NCBI GenBank assembly: GCA_964464035.1
Contig: CAYXEN010000002.1
Location: 26,003-90,002 of the forward strand
DNA: 64,000 nucleotides
Source: an uncultured bacterium
GTDB lineage: Bacteria > Krumholzibacteriota > Krumholzibacteriia > WVZY01
Reading direction: 5' to 3'
Below are positions 58,611 to 64,000 of the stretch, piece by piece (position 1 is the stretch's first letter; each line of letters starts with the position of its first letter). Both the position numbers and the translations under genes were made by a program. The notes beneath the pieces are model-generated. The model did not search any database. It was not told the origin of the DNA and saw nothing but the letters and a program-made list of their open reading frames with translations.

Positions 58611-61106
58611 GTGATGAGCAAGTATCCGCACGAGAGCATAGAGAAGAAGTGGCAGCAGCGCTGGAAAGAATCCGGTTTCATGCGGGCCGACCTCCAAGAC
58701 TCGAAGAGGAAATACTACTGCCTGATGATGTATCCATACCCGTCGGGGGACCTGCACGTCGGGCATGGGCGCAACTACATCATAGGCGACGCCCTGGCGC
58801 GCTACAAGTTGATGGAAGGATACAACGTTCTTGCGCCGATGGGATGGGACGCGTTCGGTCTGCCCGCTGAAAACGCGGCCATCCAGAAAGACATCCACCC
58901 CTCCCGATGGACCCGCGATAATATCGCCAAGATGAAGAAGCAGTTCGAAGAATGGGGCGTGGTATACGACTGGTCCAAGGAGATCGCGTCTTGCGATCCC
59001 GAGTACTACAAGTGGACGCAGTGGCTTTTCATAGAGTTGTACAAGAGCGGACTGGCTTACCGCAAGGCGGCCTCGGTGAATTGGTGCCCATCCTGCAAGA
59101 CGGTTCTTGCGAATGAGCAGGTGGTCGGAGGAATGTGCGAACGGTGCGGGAACCCGATAACGGATAGATATCTCGAGCAATGGTTCTTCAAGATAACCGC
59201 TTTCGCGGACGAACTACTCGACGATCTCGATCTCCTTGAAGAGTGGCCCGAGAGGGTCGTTACCATGCAGCGCAATTGGATCGATCGCAGCGAAGGACTG
59301 GAAATAAGTTTCAAAGTCAGGGACATGGACATGAACCTCCCATGCTTCACCACGAGGCCCGATACCGTCTTCGGTGCCACCTTCCTCGTGGTGGCTCCGG
59401 ACCATCCCGCTCTGCCCGACCTGGTTCGCGGAACCGCCTCCGAAGGCGAAGTGGCGGCTTTCGCGGCCAGGGAGAGAGCGACTCGCCTGGCGGGAAGAGC
59501 CTCGGGTGAAACCGAGAAACGCGGGATTTTCACGGGGCGCTATGCCATAAATCCCATGACCCGCGAGGAGATACCGATCTACAGTGCATCATACGTTCTC
59601 ATGGATTACGGAACGGGCATGATCATGGGTGTGCCTGCGCATGACCAGAGGGATTTCGAGTTCGCCAAGGCATACGGGCTCGAGATTCGGGAAGTCATAA
59701 GGCCGGAAAAGGGCGAATCGCCGTTTCCCGAGAACGCGTACGAGGGCAAGGGAAGAATGATGAACAGCGGCGAATACGACGGCCTCTCGAGCGAAGAAGG
59801 CTTCCAGAGGATCGCGGATGAGCTCGAGAAACGCTCGTGCGGTCGACGGACGGTGAATTTCAGGCTCAGGGACTGGCTGATTTCCCGGCAGCGATACTGG
59901 GGGGCGCCGATACCGATGATCCATTGTCCGTCCTGCGGCGTCATACCCGTGCCTGAGAAGGATCTGCCCGTACTCCTGCCGGACGACGTGGATTTCCATC
60001 CCCGAGGCGACGGGAAGAGCCCGCTGGCAAGCAGTGAATCCTTCGTTGAGGTTGAATGCCCCTCGTGCGGAGCCGATGCACAAAGGGATACCGACACGAT
60101 GGACACCTTCGTGGATTCAAGCTGGTATTTCCTCCGCTATCTGAGCCCCAAGGATGTCGAAAAGCCGTTCGACAGGGAACTGGCCGACAAATGGCTCCCG
60201 GTGGACCAGTACATCGGGGGAGTGGAGCATGCCATCCTTCACCTCCTCTATTCGCGTTTCATCACGAAGTTTCTCCACGGCAAGGGATACATAGGCTTCA
60301 AGGAACCGTTCAAACGACTCTTCACGCAGGGAATGATTTGCAAGGACGGGGCTAAGATGTCGAAGAGCAAGGGCAACGTAGTCAATCCCTCTCCGATAAT
60401 CGAGAAGATGGGCGCCGATACGATGCGGCTGTACATACTGTTCTCGGGCCCGCCCGAAAAGGACGCCGAGTGGCAGGACGACAGCGTCGAAGGCTGCCAT
60501 CGTTTCCTGAATCGACTCTACAGGCTATACACAAAACACGAGAATATCCTCAAGAGTGGATGGAGCGAAGCGGATCTAAAACCGGACTCCATGAGTCCCG
60601 AATTGCGCGAAGTGTTTCGCAAGATCCACTGGACGATCAAGCGCGTCAGGAGCGATATCGAGGACGATTTCCATTTCAACACGGCGATAAGCGCTGTAAT
60701 GGAGCTCAACAATCGCTTGATGTCGTACTCGGAATCGAATGAAATAGCTGCAAATAGTATTGATGCATCAGTTTTCTGCTTCGGATACGAAAGCATGTTG
60801 CGGCTGCTGGCGCCCATAACACCTCACATAACGGAGGAATTGTGGGAGCGGATGGGACACGGCGAAAGCATATTCAGCCTTCCCATGCCGCAGTTCAAGG
60901 CGGATTATGCCAGGAGCGAGAGCGTAACCCTCGTGGTCCAGGTGAACAGCCGCATCCGGGCCAGGATCGAGATAGACGCCGATACGTCCGAAGAGAAAGT
61001 CCGAGAGATCGCGCTGGGCAACGAGCGCATAAGGGACCTCATAGAAGGCAAGACCCCCAAGAAGATCATCGTAATCAAGAACAAGCTGGTGAACATCGTC
61101 ATCTAG
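58611..61106 (+). CDS. leuS: Leucyl-tRNA synthetase
   Basis: 831 aa. HVGH (HIGH-type) motif PYPSGDLHVGHGRNY, KMSKS motif, CP1 editing domain. Confidence 0.95.
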   Translation: MMSKYPHESIEKKWQQRWKESGFMRADLQDSKRKYYCLMMYPYPSGDLHVGHGRNYIIGDALARYKLMEGYNVLAPMGWDAFGLPAENAAIQKDIHPSRWTRDNIAKMKKQFEEWGVVYDWSKEIASCDPEYYKWTQWLFIELYKSGLAYRKAASVNWCPSCKTVLANEQVVGGMCERCGNPITDRYLEQWFFKITAFADELLDDLDLLEEWPERVVTMQRNWIDRSEGLEISFKVRDMDMNLPCFTTRPDTVFGATFLVVAPDHPALPDLVRGTASEGEVAAFAARERATRLAGRASGETEKRGIFTGRYAINPMTREEIPIYSASYVLMDYGTGMIMGVPAHDQRDFEFAKAYGLEIREVIRPEKGESPFPENAYEGKGRMMNSGEYDGLSSEEGFQRIADELEKRSCGRRTVNFRLRDWLISRQRYWGAPIPMIHCPSCGVIPVPEKDLPVLLPDDVDFHPRGDGKSPLASSESFVEVECPSCGADAQRDTDTMDTFVDSSWYFLRYLSPKDVEKPFDRELADKWLPVDQYIGGVEHAILHLLYSRFITKFLHGKGYIGFKEPFKRLFTQGMICKDGAKMSKSKGNVVNPSPIIEKMGADTMRLYILFSGPPEKDAEWQDDSVEGCHRFLNRLYRLYTKHENILKSGWSEADLKPDSMSPELREVFRKIHWTIKRVRSDIEDDFHFNTAISAVMELNNRLMSYSESNEIAANSIDASVFCFGYESMLRLLAPITPHITEELWERMGHGESIFSLPMPQFKADYARSESVTLVVQVNSRIRARIEIDADTSEEKVREIALGNERIRDLIEGKTPKKIIVIKNKLVNIVI

Positions 61107-61247
61107 GCGTGAGCTTAGGATGAAAGTAAAAACGCATCTTTCAACCCGCAGGTTATCATAATATATCTTATGCGACACATTATCGTGATGGATTCATGCT
61201 CCCGGCAATGGAAAAAGCTGCTCCCTCTCTCCGGGTAGGCCTCTATG

Positions 61248-61673
61248 TCAGATCAGCGGGACGCGGTCGCTGTGGTGTCCGAAGAAAGGCATCTCCCATC
61301 GCTCGCCGAAAAGCGCTTTCACGAAGCCCATCACGGAGAGAAAGAGGCTGAGGAGGTAAACGAAGATCTGGCAGAGGATGACGATTAGGAGCCCGAGAAA
61401 AGGAAGGCGCCCGACTGTCCTGTCGATGATCACGAGCAGGATGAATGCTACGCATTCGGCAAGGAAAAGGAGAAAAGCCTGTCTGGCGTGATAACGGACG
61501 AAGGCGCTCTCCTTCCCTTTCCACATGCTGAAGAAGCAGAGAAAGAAAATGTATCCTATTGCGGCATACCACCTTTCATGGTCTGCCAAGTAGGTTTCGG
61601 CGGGATATTCCTGGGTTTCCTTGGCTTTCACGTAACAGCTTTTATTTGAGCCCCTTGAGAATGGCTGCGGCAA
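61248..61673 (-). CDS. DUF4870-like small membrane protein
   Basis: 3-4 TM. Conserved YHARQA motif. Confidence 0.45.
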   Translation of the reverse strand: MPQPFSRGSNKSCYVKAKETQEYPAETYLADHERWYAAIGYIFFLCFFSMWKGKESAFVRYHARQAFLLFLAECVAFILLVIIDRTVGRLPFLGLLIVILCQIFVYLLSLFLSVMGFVKALFGERWEMPFFGHHSDRVPLI

Positions 61674-62322
61674 CGCGAGCCTGTTCCTTCGTGCGGCCGC
61701 TCGCCTTCTCCGCGACCTCGGAGAAGTACTTCTCCGCCTTTTGCTGGTAGCCGCTGAGCTTGCTGTAGAAAATAGCGGTGCGGTACATGACGTCTATGTA
61801 GCGGGGGTCCTTTTCGTCCATTTCTTTCAAGAGATGCTCGAGGAGCGTCGCTGCGGCAAGGTAGTTTCCCGTGCCCTCGAGGGCCAGCGCCTTGCCGATG
61901 ATGGCTGCCTCCTTGAAGAGCGGATATTTCTTGGACTTCCGGATGTAGGCTTCGAAGGCAGGAAGGGACTCGGAGTAATTCGACAACCTGAGATCACACT
62001 CCCCCTTGAAGTACAAGGCTATTATACCGGGTTGGACGCGCGAGTATTGATCGGCTATCTGGGTGAAGGCCTTCTTGGCTTGCTCGATGTCGCCTTGATT
62101 GAACAACTGGATGGCGTTTCCGAGAAGCTTGTCGGCGGTGAGTGAGGCCTGGCGCCTCGCGTGGGCCGTGAACATGAAGAACGCGACCGCGATTACGACC
62201 GCCGCGATGCCGATGATGATCTGGTTGAAGTAGCGTTTGATGATAGTGGACGCCTTGACGGAGAGCGTCACCAGCGTATCTTGCTTGAGCTGCTTCTTTC
62301 TCAATCTGCGCTTCTTGGCCAA
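61642..62322 (-). CDS. Membrane-anchored TPR-like protein (YfgM-like architecture)
   Basis: Basic N-terminus, one TM (IIIGIAAVVIAVAFFMF), then TPR-like helical repeats. Confidence 0.5.
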   Translation of the reverse strand: MAKKRRLRKKQLKQDTLVTLSVKASTIIKRYFNQIIIGIAAVVIAVAFFMFTAHARRQASLTADKLLGNAIQLFNQGDIEQAKKAFTQIADQYSRVQPGIIALYFKGECDLRLSNYSESLPAFEAYIRKSKKYPLFKEAAIIGKALALEGTGNYLAAATLLEHLLKEMDEKDPRYIDVMYRTAIFYSKLSGYQQKAEKYFSEVAEKASGRTKEQARVAAAILKGLK

Positions 62323-62547
62323 TTCTCAAACCCCCATTGTGGTGCCGAACCCTGAATGATTTATAACGCTAGAAGATAGCACTATCAGGCGCATGCAGGC
62401 AAGCATTATCCTCGGGCGTTCCACCGGCCGCTCGGCCGGATCCAGGGCGAATTATATTGACATGAGCCGCAGGGATTAACCAAGCTTGTAGGCATCTCAA
62501 TCCGCGGCGAGCGTTTCAGGAGCCTCTAGGAACACGGAGGATCCGCT

Positions 62548-64000
62548 GTGAAATCGCATTTCTTCCGGACCGCCTTCTTCGTTTTTACGGTTTCCATAAT
62601 CCTGCGCGAGTTTCCGGGCATAAAAGACCTCATCGAGACGCCGTATTCCGGCATAGAGACGCGAAATCTTTCAGTACAGAACATAGACGCATCCGGCCCA
62701 AACGCAGGCAAAGGGATATTGCGTGGAGACGAGATAGTCTCCGTTGCGGGCCACAAGGTTAGAAACTACAACCACTTCCGGTACCTCGTGCGCTCGAACC
62801 GCTCTTTCGAGGCGCAACAATACGTCTTCCGTCGCGACGGCGAAACGATCAGGGTCAGCGTTGATTACACCAGGATTCCCAACCGTCTCTTGCAGAGGCG
62901 GTTCAAGTTCCTTCTCGTCGCCTTCACCTTCCTTCTGATGGCCGTATTCGTCTATTTGAAGCGCAGGGACCTGATGGGGGGCCTGTTCTCCCTTACGTGC
63001 ATCCTCATAGCCTTTCTCTTGACCGACCGGCCGGTGGTGTCCGTCGCCGCTTTTCAGCTCTTCGGGGAGCTTTTTCACGACGCGGCGATGCTGGCCTTCC
63101 CCGCGATTTTCCTGGCCTTTTTCATGGTGTTCCCCGATCGCTACAAGAGCGACGGGACCCCTAAACGCCTCGGCGATATGTCCTGGCTGTTCATTGTGCC
63201 CGGCCTGCTGTTCCTCTTCGATTGCTACCTCGTGTGCAGTCATTTCTTCTATTCCCCCGCTCCGGCGATGGTCACCAGGGTCCTGCTTGTTCTGTCGACT
63301 GTCTATGTGCCCACTTACATGATCGCTTCTCTCGTGATCTTCGTGAGGAATTACCTCGTCTCGCCCGTAGCCCAGAAGCTAAGGCTCAGGATAGTCATAG
63401 CGGGGACGATAGTCGGCACGGTCCCCTTCCTCTTCACGCTCGTTCTCAGGCAGATTTCCCCCGGCGCAACGAGCAACACGCTCGACCTCGTTTCCGCGGT
63501 CAGTCTTGGTTTCATCTCCGTATCCTTCGCCTACGCCATCCTGAAGCACGGGGCGATAGAACTCCACGTCGTAGCGAGGAAAAGCCTGGTATACGCGATC
63601 CTAACCGGCGTGATCATCGCGCTGTATTACATGCTGGTGAACGTGCTCGGCGACTATTTCACCCGTGAATTCAGGCTCAGCCGTTCGGTATTCACATTCC
63701 TTTCCGTGCTGGTGATCGCAATAGTCTTCGCGCCGGCCCGCGGATTCCTCCAGCATATCATCGACAGGATCTTCTTCATGGAAGAATACGTGTACAAGAA
63801 AGAGGTCGTGGATTTCAGCCGCCGATTGTCGAAGAAACTGGCCCGGCGCGAGCTCGTCGAGTGTTTCTTCGAAAAAGTGGAAAACCTGCTCAAGCCGTCC
63901 CACATCGCCGTCTATTGGAAGGGCTCGAGCGGGTCTCTCGAGCTTGCGGAAACCATGGGCGAAGCGGGCGATCTGCCCGCTTCCCTCTCCGCCGGTTGTT
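62548..64000 (+). CDS. PDZ domain-containing polytopic membrane sensor protein, partial (continues beyond the window end)
   Basis: Own translation from GTG 62548 (GGAGG RBS 7 nt upstream) is open for about 484 codons to the window edge. N-terminal TM, PDZ-like segment (NIDASGPNAGKGILRGDEIVSVAGHKV), then about 8 TM helices and the start of a cytoplasmic domain. Absent from the ORF track because no stop lies in the window. Confidence 0.5.
   Translation, partial: MKSHFFRTAFFVFTVSIILREFPGIKDLIETPYSGIETRNLSVQNIDASGPNAGKGILRGDEIVSVAGHKVRNYNHFRYLVRSNRSFEAQQYVFRRDGETIRVSVDYTRIPNRLLQRRFKFLLVAFTFLLMAVFVYLKRRDLMGGLFSLTCILIAFLLTDRPVVSVAAFQLFGELFHDAAMLAFPAIFLAFFMVFPDRYKSDGTPKRLGDMSWLFIVPGLLFLFDCYLVCSHFFYSPAPAMVTRVLLVLSTVYVPTYMIASLVIFVRNYLVSPVAQKLRLRIVIAGTIVGTVPFLFTLVLRQISPGATSNTLDLVSAVSLGFISVSFAYAILKHGAIELHVVARKSLVYAILTGVIIALYYMLVNVLGDYFTREFRLSRSVFTFLSVLVIAIVFAPARGFLQHIIDRIFFMEEYVYKKEVVDFSRRLSKKLARRELVECFFEKVENLLKPSHIAVYWKGSSGSLELAETMGEAGDLPASLSAGC

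Overview
This 64-kb window is GC-rich, densely coded bacterial DNA, mostly on the + strand, and falls into four blocks. All calls are from reading the sequence and ORF translations only; no database search was run.

(1) 1-5168, minus strand: a sulfate-activation operon with sat (ATP sulfurylase) and cysC (APS kinase) interleaved with three paralogous alkaline-phosphatase-superfamily (type I phosphodiesterase / nucleotide pyrophosphatase-like) genes. The leftmost paralog runs off the window.

(2) 5.5-30 kb, + strand: housekeeping genes in widely conserved orders. These are a flippase-like membrane protein, cca, dnaK, tRNA-Val, thrS-infC-rpmI-rplT-pheS-pheT, zapB-like and zapA, a probable 6S RNA immediately downstream of zapA, rny-ymdB, folD, xseA-xseB-ispA, a divergent PAP2 gene, dxs, nadK, recN and tRNA-Arg.

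(3) 30-56.6 kb: a roughly 26-kb exopolysaccharide / exosortase locus. It has a GAF-GGDEF cyclase, a UDP-sugar dehydrogenase and epimerase, Wza-like export, a split chain-length determinant plus BY-kinase, two glycosyltransferases, a Wzy/O-antigen-ligase-like protein, an exosortase with EpsI, a TPR lipoprotein, a priming sugar transferase, and a PrsK/PrsR-like histidine kinase with a sigma-54 activator. The unusual part is a secreted FN3-repeat protein carrying a T9SS/FlgD-Ig-type C-terminal domain, together with a PorV/PorQ-like outer-membrane barrel fused to a SPOR domain, in place of recognisable PEP-CTERM cargo. Three sigma-54-type promoter matches sit in front of genes in this locus.

(4) 56.6-64 kb: lptE-like, holA, trxA, leuS, two minus-strand membrane/TPR genes, and a partial PDZ-membrane sensor that runs off the right end.

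The organism is probably an uncultured diderm, possibly FCB-group; this is inference. No CRISPR array, rRNA or obvious mobile element was seen.
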